From the NCBI GenBank assembly GCA_951813565.1, contig OX638351.1:4192001-4256000 (forward strand): a stretch of DNA of 64,000 nt. The letters are read 5' to 3'. A program made the position numbers and the translations under genes. The notes under the pieces were generated by a model. The model saw only the letters and a program-made list of their open reading frames with translations, made no database searches and was not told the DNA's origin. This document shows positions 1 through 10,010 of this stretch, piece by piece. Within the stretch, counting starts at the first letter, position 1; each line of letters starts with the position of its first letter. This stretch comes from an uncultured Poribacteria bacterium. Its GTDB lineage: Bacteria > Poribacteria > WGA-4E > WGA-3G.

Positions 1-251
1 CCTTCATGGATGCGGGACTCAAGCAGTCGATGTGCTACGATAACCCGCTTTGGATTGGAATTAATTGGAATTTGGATAGGGTCTGTCCGGACACCTTCAC
101 CGAAACCTAAGAAACATTTTTCACCTTCGGAGATGTGAAAAGGGAGTCCGTGGAATGTTTGTTGTCCCAAGGTTGGCGTTGCGTTTGCACCGATAATTTC
201 TGCGTTGACATTACATAAATCAGTAAGAGAGATAGGTTGATAATCTTGCAT
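1..251 (-). CDS. 5' part of a CDS running off the window edge (MQDYQPISLTDLCNVNAEIIG...), function unknown
   Basis: Manual translation: open frame from ATG at 251 to position 1 with no stop; GGAAG RBS-like sequence upstream. Not in the ORF track. Confidence 0.7.
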   Translation of the reverse strand, partial: MQDYQPISLTDLCNVNAEIIGANATPTLGQQTFHGLPFHISEGEKCFLGFGEGVRTDPIQIPINSNPKRVIVAHRLLESRIHE

Positions 252-450
252 GGTATGCTTCCTTGTTGGTTTTACTCAGTGAGTTCGTCTTCCAACTCAG
301 CGGATTTTTGCTTGTTCTTTGTTAGTTCTTTTCTGCAATTCGTTGTTTTAAATGAAGATGTAAAAGTTCACCTTCAACAAGTCTATATTCACCAATGTCT
401 TTTTAACTTGTCCACGATTTCCTAAAGATGCTAACATCTTGTTTATTATT

Positions 451-3400
451 TCACTGTAGTAGTACCAACGAGCCAGCTTTATCCGCTAACTCACTGCGTT
501 CAATCATTTTATAAATTATGCCTTCAATTTCGTATTGCATGTCCCAATTAACCTTTTTAAAACCAAATAACCTACAAGTTGCGCGAGGTAAATCGTCTTG
601 TTCTATGCCGCAAGATTCCGATACAATCAACTTGATTGCCTCTTGTATTTCTTCAGGTGCAATAAGCTTAAACTTGCGTGAAGTATTTGGAAGTTCACTA
701 CGATCTCGCACAGTAATATTTTTTTGTCCAGTCCAATAGAGAAATGTCTCATACAGAGATGTCTTTTTGATCTGAATACTTTCAGAACGAGCTACTTGTG
801 TTGCAGCAAATTTAACTGCGTCTTGAATACGATTGCCGATCCTTTTGAACCCTGCAGCATTTGCAATACGTTTTGCTACTTCATTAATGTGCACTGGACT
901 CTCAAATTCAACAACACGTTGAATCCAACCCATCATAGAGCGGCACGGAACCGCATGTAAATTAAGCCCGTTGGTAGAAATAGATAATTCAGCGAGTTTA
1001 TACTTTTCCGCAAGTGAATTTGACTTTGGTTCTGGAGTTGGATCACCAGTTGGGTCAACTTCTGTTTCTGGTTCATCCTTATCTTCATTGGAATCATGAT
1101 TATTAGTTTCTGGAGTTTTGCCAATAGAGAAGGGAATGTGTGCCTTGGCTGCCTCAATTGCTTCAGCTGCTTTTTTGAGTTCACGGTCTGGAAATCTAAA
1201 CCAATCGGTACTCCAAATACGATGGATACGCCAACCCAATCCTTCAAGTACTTCCTGCCTAATTCGATCTCTATCGCGAGCTGATTGAGCACTGTGGTAA
1301 GTTGCTCCGTCACACTCAATCCCCAATAAATAACGTCCTGGGCGTTCAGGATCCTTAACCCCAAGGTCGATGAAATAACCAGCAGTTCCAATCTGATGGT
1401 CAATTTCATAGCCAGACTTCCGTAACGCATCGGCAACCTCTACCTCAAATGGAGAGTCTGGTGGCCTAACACCCGGTTTTGGGATGTCTGGGATGTCAAG
1501 TACATCTGTCTGTGCATATTTCAGGTAACGTTTTAGCACTGCTACACCGCGAGCATCGGTGCGACTAATGTCAATATCATCAGTAGTAAGATTAGTAAAC
1601 ACTTCACAACGCTGGCGTGATCGCGTAATCAAAACGTTCAATCGTCTTTCTCCGCCATCTCTGCCGAGAGGACCAAAGTTCATCGTAAGTTTCCCATTAG
1701 CATCGCGCCCGTAGCCAACGCTAATAAAAATTATATCACGTTCATCCCCTTGAACATTTTCCAAATTTTTAACAAAAAATGGTTCTTCAGGATACGCATT
1801 GAAGAAAGTATCCTCACATGATGGATCTTCTCGGCGTAGAAGTTCAAGCTGGTCTTGAATTGCTTGCATTTGTGCTGTGCTAAAAGTCGCGACCCCAAGT
1901 GTCAAATGGGGGCGTAAGCGTGCGTGTTCCATGACTTTTTTGGCAACTATTTTTGCCTCTTCCAAGTTGCTTCTACTCCCTCCACGGTCATAAGCAGTAT
2001 CAGGTAGGTAATGATACACCAATCCGACTTTTTCTCTCGCGGCATCAGGACTTGGAAAAATTATAAGTTTATTATCGTAAAAGCAAAAGTTTGATACTGC
2101 AATCAACGAAGGATGTCTGCTACGGTAATGCCATCGTAACATGCGTTCTGGCGAGTTCTGAGCACTAAACAAGCCAAGAATACTCTCTGTATCGGCTGTT
2201 ACGTTTTCTTCCGTGTCATCATCTTCATCTGTGTGTTTATCAAAGAAAGAGGTAGGTGGTAGTTGTTGCGTATCACCAACAACAACTGTTTGTTTACCTC
2301 GAACAATTGATCCGAAAGCATCAACAGGTTTTACTTGGCTGGCTTCGTCAAAAACCACTAAGTCGAAGTCAACACTTTTCGGTGGTATAAATGTCGCTAC
2401 AGAGAGCGGACTCATCATAAATACTGGTTTAATTGCTTGTATTGCATTACCTGATTTAGTCATAAGTTGACGAATTGGCAGATGTCGTCGCTTTTTTTGA
2501 AATTCACGTCTGAGTAATCCTAATTGTCCACTTGACGCTTCATACTGTGGCAAATGTTTCCAATGTTGGTGTGCTACTTTTACCTTATTGTAGTTAAGTG
2601 AGATGCGATCTAACTCTTTGAACCTTTCTAAAATATGCTGATGGGTCTCACTACTAAAACCCGCAAGAATTGGTCGTTCTGTCATTACTGTCTCAATTTT
2701 TGCGTTGTACCACGTCTGTTTGAGTAAATCTGATAGATATTCTCCCGCTTCTGACCATTCATTTGCAACCTTTACAATTTCAATGAAACCGTTATCCATT
2801 AACGCTTCAACATGGTGATTATACGAAACCATATCTTGGAGAATGCCCGGTTCAGTTTCCCAACATCTAAAGATTTTTATCTGTTCAGTAAATGGAAGTT
2901 GTTTTAATCCATCATCACACCCAAAACGCACTTTTTCATCAAGTTGTATTTTATCAATCACCGTTTGAAGAAGATGCGGATAGTTGCTAAGTAGTTCTTC
3001 AACGGTTGCAAGTGATGCCTTAAGTTCTTCCAAATTCGGATTTGACGCAAGATATGTAACTACTGCTTCAGGTAATTCATAGTTTGCTACCGATTGACGC
3101 GTTGCAGACATATATTTGCTGATCTCACGTAGTTGATCCCAATTCGAGGATTGTCCTTGCCAGTGTGAACCAAATAATTCTTGTCCGATCTCTTGTATCT
3201 GTTCGAGTTGGGGCGATTCACTTTGCACTTCAAGAATTGCATCAACGATACGGAGTCGGGAATGATGTGTTTTTGGTAGTAATTGTGGTTGTGAGCATAA
3301 ACCTTTGAGTTCATTAAGTGCCCGTCGATAGTTTCCCGAAAGTATACGCCACCACTTATCTCCATGAGCAGCAAGCTTTTGCCGCATCTCTAAAACATTT

Positions 3401-5193
3401 TGTCCCCATGCTTCACGTATAAGCATATCATCATGTATTCTATGGAGTTCGTCTAACCTTTCTCCTGCCTTAAAGCCTACTTCAAAATCACTACTATGCG
3501 TTTCCCATTCGGTTGACTGCACAGCAACACCTGATAAGTCTGGTGCATCTAATACATGACGCGCCGCTCGGATGAGATTTTCAATCTGCTCACAAGTATC
3601 CGGTGGCACAAGTTTGAGGTGCTGTGCAAGTTGTTCAGATGAATCCTTGAGTTCGGTAACTCTTTTTCTTGCTTCCGCTGATGCTCGTTTAAGTGATTCT
3701 CTATCAGTAGGAAGAAATACCTTACATTGACTTCCCCAAAACGGATGTTTTTTGGGTATACCCATCCGCTTAAGGAGTGTTTGGAATACTTCAGTAAGTT
3801 CCAATCCTTTTCTAAATTCAGATATTGAATGTTGAAAATCTTTTGATGCTAAAGTCGGCAGTTCCTTTCCTGAGAGGAGACGTTGTGTGGCTAAAAGTTC
3901 TCCATACGCCTGATAAGGTGTGATACCACTCTCGCCAATTGGGGTGTTGACTGCTTCACAGTATCTATTCAAACGGTTACGATCATCAAGAAGATTCTCG
4001 AGTTTTTGTTTTAGGCCTGTTATTTTTGGTTCACTGGTATCAAGAATACGCCTTAGTTCATCAACAACTGCTTTTTTGTTCATCTTATGACTATGTAGTT
4101 CTAAACAGGCATTGCCAAGTCCAATCTTGTCCAAATTCCGCTTGACTACTTCTAAAGCTGCCATCTTCTCAGCAACAAAAAGCACACGTTTCCCTTCCAT
4201 TATAGATGCAGCAATCAAATTGGTAATGGTCTGGGATTTACCTGTGCCGGGTGGACCTTGAATAACGAGATTTCGTCCTTCACTTACATCATGGATAGCC
4301 AATGCTTGTGAACTGTCTGCATTAACTACGTGATGCGTATTTTCGGGAGTCAGGTGTAGATCAACGTTGGGTTCGCTATCCTCAATGGATGAGTCTGGTT
4401 CTTGAAATCCGTTTACGAGCACTGAATCCAATATTGGGTGTTTGGAGAGAGTATTATCGGGCCAATTGTTAACGTCTAAATCGCAGTACATCAGAAACTT
4501 GGCAAATGAGAAAAAACCGAGTGCAATTGTTAAATCATCTACTGACCATCGCTTTAGGTTAACAATTACCTCACTTACTTCTTCAAAGTATTTTAGAATG
4601 GTGGACTGATTAAGGTCATCCACATCGGGAAGATCTGGTAATTGAATACTGAATTCAGCTTTCAGTTTTTCTTGAAGTGATAGATTCGTTCCAATCTCCT
4701 CGTCTGTGTACTGAACTCTAAAATTAGCACGTACACTCGTTCGGTTGAGTTCCACTGGAATCATAATTAGTGGAGCACGACGTAAAATCTCACTAGATTC
4801 AGATTCATACCATTCAAGCATACCAAGCGCGAGATAGAGGGTAGTCACACCTTGCTCTCCAATTGCTGTTCGTTCAGTATACTCGGTGTTTCTTAGACGC
4901 TTTTGAAGTTCAGTAGATGAATGGTTTGTCTGGAGTTTGGTGTCCGTATGTCTATCAGGGTCATGTTCCGTTTCATCTTCAAATAGAAAACTATATTCTT
5001 CAGATTCATCTTTTGGTAAGAAAGACATAGTTTTCTTATCCTGAACAAGTATCTGATAAGTATCTGGTGGAGATTCATCAATGATCTCAACGCCTCTCGC
5101 CTTGAGAAGTTTATAGTTTATCAATGGGTTTCGCAAGGTTAAGTCAAGCAGTTCAGCACGAGCTTTATCTAATTTCGTTTTTACAAAATTCAT
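451..5193 (-). CDS. DUF4011 - SF1 (Upf1-like) helicase - Vsr/MTES_1575-like nuclease - DUF3320 protein; Hhe-type defence helicase
   Basis: N-terminal LLDLTLRNPLIN; Walker A GPPGTGKSQT; DEASQ, VGDTQQLPP, WHYRS, NVQGDERD, RRLNVLITR; nuclease SPFE..IDLGV..GIECDG..YHS..RDRDR..GW..RIWSTDW. Start placed at ATG 5193 (MNFVK). Confidence 0.85.
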   Translation of the reverse strand: MNFVKTKLDKARAELLDLTLRNPLINYKLLKARGVEIIDESPPDTYQILVQDKKTMSFLPKDESEEYSFLFEDETEHDPDRHTDTKLQTNHSSTELQKRLRNTEYTERTAIGEQGVTTLYLALGMLEWYESESSEILRRAPLIMIPVELNRTSVRANFRVQYTDEEIGTNLSLQEKLKAEFSIQLPDLPDVDDLNQSTILKYFEEVSEVIVNLKRWSVDDLTIALGFFSFAKFLMYCDLDVNNWPDNTLSKHPILDSVLVNGFQEPDSSIEDSEPNVDLHLTPENTHHVVNADSSQALAIHDVSEGRNLVIQGPPGTGKSQTITNLIAASIMEGKRVLFVAEKMAALEVVKRNLDKIGLGNACLELHSHKMNKKAVVDELRRILDTSEPKITGLKQKLENLLDDRNRLNRYCEAVNTPIGESGITPYQAYGELLATQRLLSGKELPTLASKDFQHSISEFRKGLELTEVFQTLLKRMGIPKKHPFWGSQCKVFLPTDRESLKRASAEARKRVTELKDSSEQLAQHLKLVPPDTCEQIENLIRAARHVLDAPDLSGVAVQSTEWETHSSDFEVGFKAGERLDELHRIHDDMLIREAWGQNVLEMRQKLAAHGDKWWRILSGNYRRALNELKGLCSQPQLLPKTHHSRLRIVDAILEVQSESPQLEQIQEIGQELFGSHWQGQSSNWDQLREISKYMSATRQSVANYELPEAVVTYLASNPNLEELKASLATVEELLSNYPHLLQTVIDKIQLDEKVRFGCDDGLKQLPFTEQIKIFRCWETEPGILQDMVSYNHHVEALMDNGFIEIVKVANEWSEAGEYLSDLLKQTWYNAKIETVMTERPILAGFSSETHQHILERFKELDRISLNYNKVKVAHQHWKHLPQYEASSGQLGLLRREFQKKRRHLPIRQLMTKSGNAIQAIKPVFMMSPLSVATFIPPKSVDFDLVVFDEASQVKPVDAFGSIVRGKQTVVVGDTQQLPPTSFFDKHTDEDDDTEENVTADTESILGLFSAQNSPERMLRWHYRSRHPSLIAVSNFCFYDNKLIIFPSPDAAREKVGLVYHYLPDTAYDRGGSRSNLEEAKIVAKKVMEHARLRPHLTLGVATFSTAQMQAIQDQLELLRREDPSCEDTFFNAYPEEPFFVKNLENVQGDERDIIFISVGYGRDANGKLTMNFGPLGRDGGERRLNVLITRSRQRCEVFTNLTTDDIDISRTDARGVAVLKRYLKYAQTDVLDIPDIPKPGVRPPDSPFEVEVADALRKSGYEIDHQIGTAGYFIDLGVKDPERPGRYLLGIECDGATYHSAQSARDRDRIRQEVLEGLGWRIHRIWSTDWFRFPDRELKKAAEAIEAAKAHIPFSIGKTPETNNHDSNEDKDEPETEVDPTGDPTPEPKSNSLAEKYKLAELSISTNGLNLHAVPCRSMMGWIQRVVEFESPVHINEVAKRIANAAGFKRIGNRIQDAVKFAATQVARSESIQIKKTSLYETFLYWTGQKNITVRDRSELPNTSRKFKLIAPEEIQEAIKLIVSESCGIEQDDLPRATCRLFGFKKVNWDMQYEIEGIIYKMIERSELADKAGSLVLLQ

Positions 5194-5367
5194 CTCATAT
5201 ACACCATAATTAATTGTTGAGTTAACCGTTATATTTTTACTTAGTGAGACGTTAAACGCATATAAGCATATCAAAAAGAGGGTTTTGCTCTAATCAGACG
5301 TTCCTCTTGGAGGAAACTCTTTATTAACACTACGGTCTAACTAATAGTTGCGTCAAGGCAATATCAT

Positions 5368-5643
5368 CTACGATGATTCAATCGCGTGGAGACGTTCAGC
5401 TAACCATAAGTTAACCAAAGTTTCCGGTAAGATACCCTGTTCCAGTGCTTGCCTCTCAATTTTTTCATAGATCTCTGGGGTAAGCGTTACACGGCACTTT
5501 CGCTGCATCCGAACCTCAAAATGGACTTCATGTGTTTCGTCCCAGTGGTCAGCCAAGCTATGCGTGTCCCAATAGTCGGCTATTTCCTCCAGAGTGCGTG
5601 CCTTAGACATACTGGTAACCTGTTCGTGTTTATTTTCTTTCAT
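5368..5643 (-). CDS. CopG/BrnA-like antitoxin (orphan)
   Basis: EIADYWDTHSLADHW motif and C-terminal ribbon-helix-helix-like VTLTPEIYEKIERQALEQGILPETLVNLWLAERL. Confidence 0.75.
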   Translation of the reverse strand: MKENKHEQVTSMSKARTLEEIADYWDTHSLADHWDETHEVHFEVRMQRKCRVTLTPEIYEKIERQALEQGILPETLVNLWLAERLHAIESS

Positions 5644-5667
5644 ACCTCTCGCGCATCCAAGTATATA

Positions 5668-5985
5668 AACGTGAGTTCGATATAAAAAATTGGTTCATCA
5701 CGTGGATTCGATTGAACGAAAAACAGTTCCAACGCAACCCAAAACATCGTCTTTGCTCCAGCGGAGCAATATGTTTATAGCGATCATCCGAACCAGTGTT
5801 TCCGCTCCAGCGGAGCGGTATGTGAGATTATCACATAGCACTCCGCTGGAGTGCAAGAACTTTGAGATTAGCTTTTCTATAGACATAGCACTCCGCTGGA
5901 GTGCGGGAACATGTCCGTCATCAAATCTGCGCTAAATGTGATATATTGTGTCGGATTTTTCTAACCTTTATGTCGAACTCACGTT
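5668..5985. mobile_element. Miniature TIR element (AACGTGAG family), copy 1, carrying four CTCCGCTGGAG-type palindromes
   Basis: TIR AACGTGAGTTCGATATAAA / TTTATGTCGAACTCACGTT (18/19); ATATA(A) direct repeat on the flanks. Confidence 0.8.
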
Positions 5986-6011
5986 ATATAACATGAGTTT
6001 AGTATGGCGAT

Positions 6012-7019
6012 TTAAAGCGGGAATTCTATCGCTTTCCCCTGTTCAGAGGAGATATAGAAAGCCTGCATCAATTCTGTGAGATTACGCCCATCTTGGATAG
6101 TGATTGTCATCGGTTCATCGCGAAGGATAGCGTTGATCCACTGTTGCAATGGTGGCGGTGGCGCTGCGGGCGCTTCTGCGATGTATTTTGCTTTTTCTTC
6201 ATCAGAGAGTTTGCGGGTTTGAAAATGCATCTCACCGTGTCCTGCGGCAAATGAACCTTCCGTGCCGTAAATCTCAAGCATATTCGGACCAGAGCGGTGC
6301 GTCCATGCAACATCAATTACGCCGAGTGCTTTATTTGCAAATTCCACGACAGAGACACTGTTGTCGTCTATTGGAAAGTTGCCAGTGAAGTTGTTTATCT
6401 TTGCGATTGCACTTTTCGGTTCACCCATCAACCAACGTATCACATCAACACGGTGGCAGCCTAAGTCAAAGAGCGCGCCACCCCCAGCACGTACTGGGTC
6501 TGCAAACCATGCACTTGTTCCACTAAACCATTTATCAAGCGCAGCAGAATGTGCAATCCGTCCTCTGCCAAACGTTATGTCGCCGAGTAGTCCATCGTCA
6601 ATTGCCTTTTTTGCGAACAGAATCTCAGAATTAGCTCGCGAAGGCAGCGAAATCATGAACTGGACGCCTGCTTTTTCTACTGCTTCAATAATTGGATCGC
6701 ATTCTGCGACGGTAATAGCGAGTGCTTTTTCAGTGAAGATGTGTTTGCCTGCTTCGGCAGCGGCGATCATTACACGCGGATGGTCAGATGTAATAGCGTC
6801 AACTGCCACTGCGTCAACATCATCACGACTTAACATTTCGTCAAGATCGGTGTAAAATGGAACTTCATATTGTTCTGCTGCTGCTTTGCCGCCCCCACCA
6901 TGATCGAAGCCCTCTTCGTCCCAAACAGCGACGAGTTCGGTTTCGGGGTTTTCGTGAATTTGTCGGGCATATCCACCTGCGTGGACATGTGCCATACTAA
7001 TTTTTGCAACTCTAATCAT
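6012..7019 (-). CDS. Gfo/Idh/MocA family oxidoreductase
   Basis: AGKHIFTEKAL, AGGGALFDLGCHRVD, EIYGTEG motifs. Confidence 0.9.
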   Translation of the reverse strand: MIRVAKISMAHVHAGGYARQIHENPETELVAVWDEEGFDHGGGGKAAAEQYEVPFYTDLDEMLSRDDVDAVAVDAITSDHPRVMIAAAEAGKHIFTEKALAITVAECDPIIEAVEKAGVQFMISLPSRANSEILFAKKAIDDGLLGDITFGRGRIAHSAALDKWFSGTSAWFADPVRAGGGALFDLGCHRVDVIRWLMGEPKSAIAKINNFTGNFPIDDNSVSVVEFANKALGVIDVAWTHRSGPNMLEIYGTEGSFAAGHGEMHFQTRKLSDEEKAKYIAEAPAAPPPPLQQWINAILRDEPMTITIQDGRNLTELMQAFYISSEQGKAIEFPL

Positions 7020-7056
7020 TTATTTCTCCTTTATAATTCCTTAAACATTGTTAACA

Positions 7057-7117
7057 GCGCGTTTACAAAACGCGCCTACCGGGATGTAGTTGACAGCGCG
7101 CTCACAAAGCGCGCCTA
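7057..7117. repeat. Two tandem REP-like hairpins (GCGCG-N-CGCGCCTA)
   Basis: gcgcgtttacaaaacgcgcctac and gcgcgctcacaaagcgcgccta; relatives at 18549, 24588, 45800. Confidence 0.7.
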
Positions 7118-7126
7118 AAGAGGTAT

Positions 7127-7900
7127 CTATTTTATACTTCCGACAGAAGATCGGGTAGCGAAATGATTCCAACCACGAAGCACCAATTTCACATTAGTAT
7201 GTCGATTTTCACCCTCAATCTGATCGTCACCAGCATGCATTTGGACAAGCACGCTCTTTCGCGTCTTATTTGAGCGATTCGGCATTGACCCGTGCAGTGT
7301 GAAGTAGCTAAAGAAAAGCACATCTCCCGGTTCTGCCTCTAATACGGTGGCATTCTCAATTGGGTATCGTTCAGTGATTTCTTCGTTCTGTCCACCGCCC
7401 ATCATGCCATCGGTACGTCCCAATTCCTTATGCGAACCTGGGTATACGCGAACACACCCCATCTCATCTGTGGCATCTGACACGTATATGATAGAGGCTA
7501 TCATCGTATCTTTGACTGATGGAAAATACTGCCAATCCTGATGCATTGGAAAGGGTGAACCTTTCTCAGGCGGTTTGCAGAAAAGTTTGGAGTGATGAAG
7601 CATAATATCCGGTCCAAGGATGGCTTCGACATTATCAAGAAAATTGTCTTGCAGAAATGCCTGCATCCACACAGCAGAGAAACTCTGTATATTATGCGTA
7701 TGAATAATAACAGATTCCCCACCATCAAGAGCATCCATTAACCTACCACCCCAACGTGCATTGACATTTTCATCGCTTTTAAGCAACTGGTCTACAACAC
7801 GATCAAAGTCATGCTCCATTAATTTGACTTCTTCAGGTGAATAGACACCTTTTGCGAAATAGTATCCGTTTTCATGAAAAAATTGTCCGATGTCTGACAT
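7127..7900 (-). CDS. Phytanoyl-CoA dioxygenase (PhyH) family Fe(II)/2OG enzyme
   Basis: FFHENGY, HQD, VYPGSH, LHGSMPNRS..R. Confidence 0.9.
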   Translation of the reverse strand: MSDIGQFFHENGYYFAKGVYSPEEVKLMEHDFDRVVDQLLKSDENVNARWGGRLMDALDGGESVIIHTHNIQSFSAVWMQAFLQDNFLDNVEAILGPDIMLHHSKLFCKPPEKGSPFPMHQDWQYFPSVKDTMIASIIYVSDATDEMGCVRVYPGSHKELGRTDGMMGGGQNEEITERYPIENATVLEAEPGDVLFFSYFTLHGSMPNRSNKTRKSVLVQMHAGDDQIEGENRHTNVKLVLRGWNHFATRSSVGSIK

Positions 7901-8673
7901 TACGATTTTGTAACCTCCAAATAGTATTCAGCAAGCCAATTCGACAGAAGACGTTCTGAATTATTAGCGTTTTTAATTTCTCGTTGTAACTGCGTAAAAG
8001 TTTTCAATACTGCGAACTGCCCATTATTGAGAATTCCTATGAGATTATCTTTTTGTGAACTGTCAAAACCCACATCACATAGTTTGGACACATCTTCCAG
8101 CCGATTGGTAGCAAGGACGAGTGTTTTTCCCATTGAATTGAGTTCACTGAACAACTCTACCATCTCAATTTGCCCGCGTGGGTCGAGCGGTGCTAACGGT
8201 TCATCAAGTAGCCACAAGTCTGGTTCATGCAAAAAGGTTTTTGCAAATAGGAGACGTTGACGTTCCCCAGCTGACAATGTACCAATTTTGATGTCCCTTA
8301 GATGCTGAATGTCCATTAATTCAATCACAGCATCAATTGCAGCGGTGCGTTCTTGTTTCTCTAATTTGTATGCAGCAGCGAAAAAATTGAGGTAGTCAAC
8401 AACAGATAATTCTGGGTATCCTTCAAATGCAATAGGGACATAACCGATTTGTGGACGCACCTGTTTCAAGTTGGAAAATGCATCCATTCCTATAATAGAG
8501 ACAGTGCCTGATGTCGGTTCAACCAAGGTTGCCAAAATGTTGAGTAAAAGTGTTTTTCCCGTGCCGTTTCTACCAAGCAAGATGAGAGATTCGCCAGCTC
8601 CCACCTGAAAAGTGAGTTCTGTGAGAAACGGTTTCTTGTCAATGGATTTGCTGAGATTTTGGACATCAAGCAA
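7900..8673 (-). CDS. ABC transporter ATP-binding protein
   Basis: GRNGTGKT, LSAGERQR, LLDEP; H-loop reads ATN. Confidence 0.85.
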   Translation of the reverse strand: MLDVQNLSKSIDKKPFLTELTFQVGAGESLILLGRNGTGKTLLLNILATLVEPTSGTVSIIGMDAFSNLKQVRPQIGYVPIAFEGYPELSVVDYLNFFAAAYKLEKQERTAAIDAVIELMDIQHLRDIKIGTLSAGERQRLLFAKTFLHEPDLWLLDEPLAPLDPRGQIEMVELFSELNSMGKTLVLATNRLEDVSKLCDVGFDSSQKDNLIGILNNGQFAVLKTFTQLQREIKNANNSERLLSNWLAEYYLEVTKS

Positions 8674-8737
8674 TTAGATTCTCCGATGATTGGGTCGTTC
8701 ATCTTGTGTCAATATCTATTGTGCTATAAATACAGTG

Positions 8738-9739
8738 TTAACTGAGATCAACCTTAACAGGTTTGCCAAGGTCCGCAGACTGCCATGCGGCTTCGGTCAA
8801 TTGGATAACGCGCAACCCGTTTTCAACACCGATAGGATTTTCTGTACGTTCACCACGGATAAGTTCAATGAAGGCAGCGTCTTTGTTGCCACCTTTCGGC
8901 AGATCAGCATTGTCAACGGGAGTCGGTTTACCACCCTGGCCTTGGCGATAGAGTTGACCCGCGCGTAAAAAGAGTGCACCGTCCTCCATCCAGATAGAAA
9001 AGTCTTCTTGCACACCGCCATGGGCATGCCCTACGATGCTGATGTTGCACAATGCACCCGTATCAAATTTGATTGACATAGCGGTAAGGACATCTACCTC
9101 AATGTCCAAGTTATCTATCATTGCAAACACTGTATCTGGGCTTACTTCTAATACCCATAGTAGGATGTCAATGAGATGGCTACCAGAATCGTTTAGTTGA
9201 CCACCGCCGCCGAGAAACGGGTCTTGTCGCCATTTCCCCTGCTGATTCCGATACCAATTCTGTGATTGGTGGGCTGCGACAAAGTTGACTTTTCCAAGTT
9301 CGCCACTTTGGACGACTTTACGACAGTATTGATAGGTGGGACTCAGGTGCCTTTGGTAGCCGATCATCAGGTGTAATCCAGTTTCTTCAACTTTTGCCAT
9401 TACCTGTTTGGCGTGGTCTACCGTGCAGACCATCGGTTTTTCGGTATGTACGTGGCAGCCAGCATCAAGTGCAGCCATGATATGGTCAAAATGCAGCCCG
9501 TGCGGTGAACTAATAACCACCGCATCAGGTTTGGCTGCGGTTAACATTTCAACGTGATCTGCGTAGGTTGGGATAGAATCGTCTAAACCGACGGTTTCTT
9601 TGAACGCGTTAAGTGCATTTTCGCTTGGGTCGGCAAGGGCGACAATCTCTACGTTTTCAACACTGGTAACACTACGTCCATGCCCACGTGAGTTACCACC
9701 GCATCCAATGAATCCAAATTTTAATTTTTGTTTAGCCAT
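8738..9739 (-). CDS. Gfo/Idh/MocA family oxidoreductase
   Basis: GFIGCGG, GCHVHTEKPM, GGGQLNDSGSHLID. Confidence 0.9.
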   Translation of the reverse strand: MAKQKLKFGFIGCGGNSRGHGRSVTSVENVEIVALADPSENALNAFKETVGLDDSIPTYADHVEMLTAAKPDAVVISSPHGLHFDHIMAALDAGCHVHTEKPMVCTVDHAKQVMAKVEETGLHLMIGYQRHLSPTYQYCRKVVQSGELGKVNFVAAHQSQNWYRNQQGKWRQDPFLGGGGQLNDSGSHLIDILLWVLEVSPDTVFAMIDNLDIEVDVLTAMSIKFDTGALCNISIVGHAHGGVQEDFSIWMEDGALFLRAGQLYRQGQGGKPTPVDNADLPKGGNKDAAFIELIRGERTENPIGVENGLRVIQLTEAAWQSADLGKPVKVDLS

Positions 9740-9928
9740 GTCCGTTCCTCATTCAATTCTTTTTGCTTTAAGTTACCACGACCTATCACAAAATGCAAGA
9801 AATTAATTCTAATGATACACAGATATTGAAATCTGTTCTTACAATTCACAACTGTTCAAAAAATGAACACTATGGTCCAAATTCTGTCAAAAATTGATTG
9901 AAATTCTCGGTTTTTGTAGGATTACGTA

Positions 9929-9943
9929 TGGCATAAAATTTGC
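9929..9943 (+). promoter_or_regulatory. Sigma54 (-24/-12) promoter
   Basis: TGGCATAAAATTTGC = GG-N10-GC, about 68 bp upstream of the TonB receptor ATG; palindrome TGTTCA-N5-TGAACA at 9853-9869. Confidence 0.7.
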
Positions 9944-10010
9944 GTAAATTTAGCATATAGTTTAAAATACTGTGATTTCGGACACAACACTATAAGAACA
10001 ATAATATTGA

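Noticed and set aside
5755..5905. Four spaced CTCCGCTGGAG palindromes as a mini CRISPR array
   Set aside because: Mixed orientation, short degenerate repeats, irregular spacing, no cas genes; they lie inside a TIR element.
5690..5935. ORFs 5690-5935(+) and 5698-5886(-)
   Set aside because: Entirely within the repeat element; no protein motifs.
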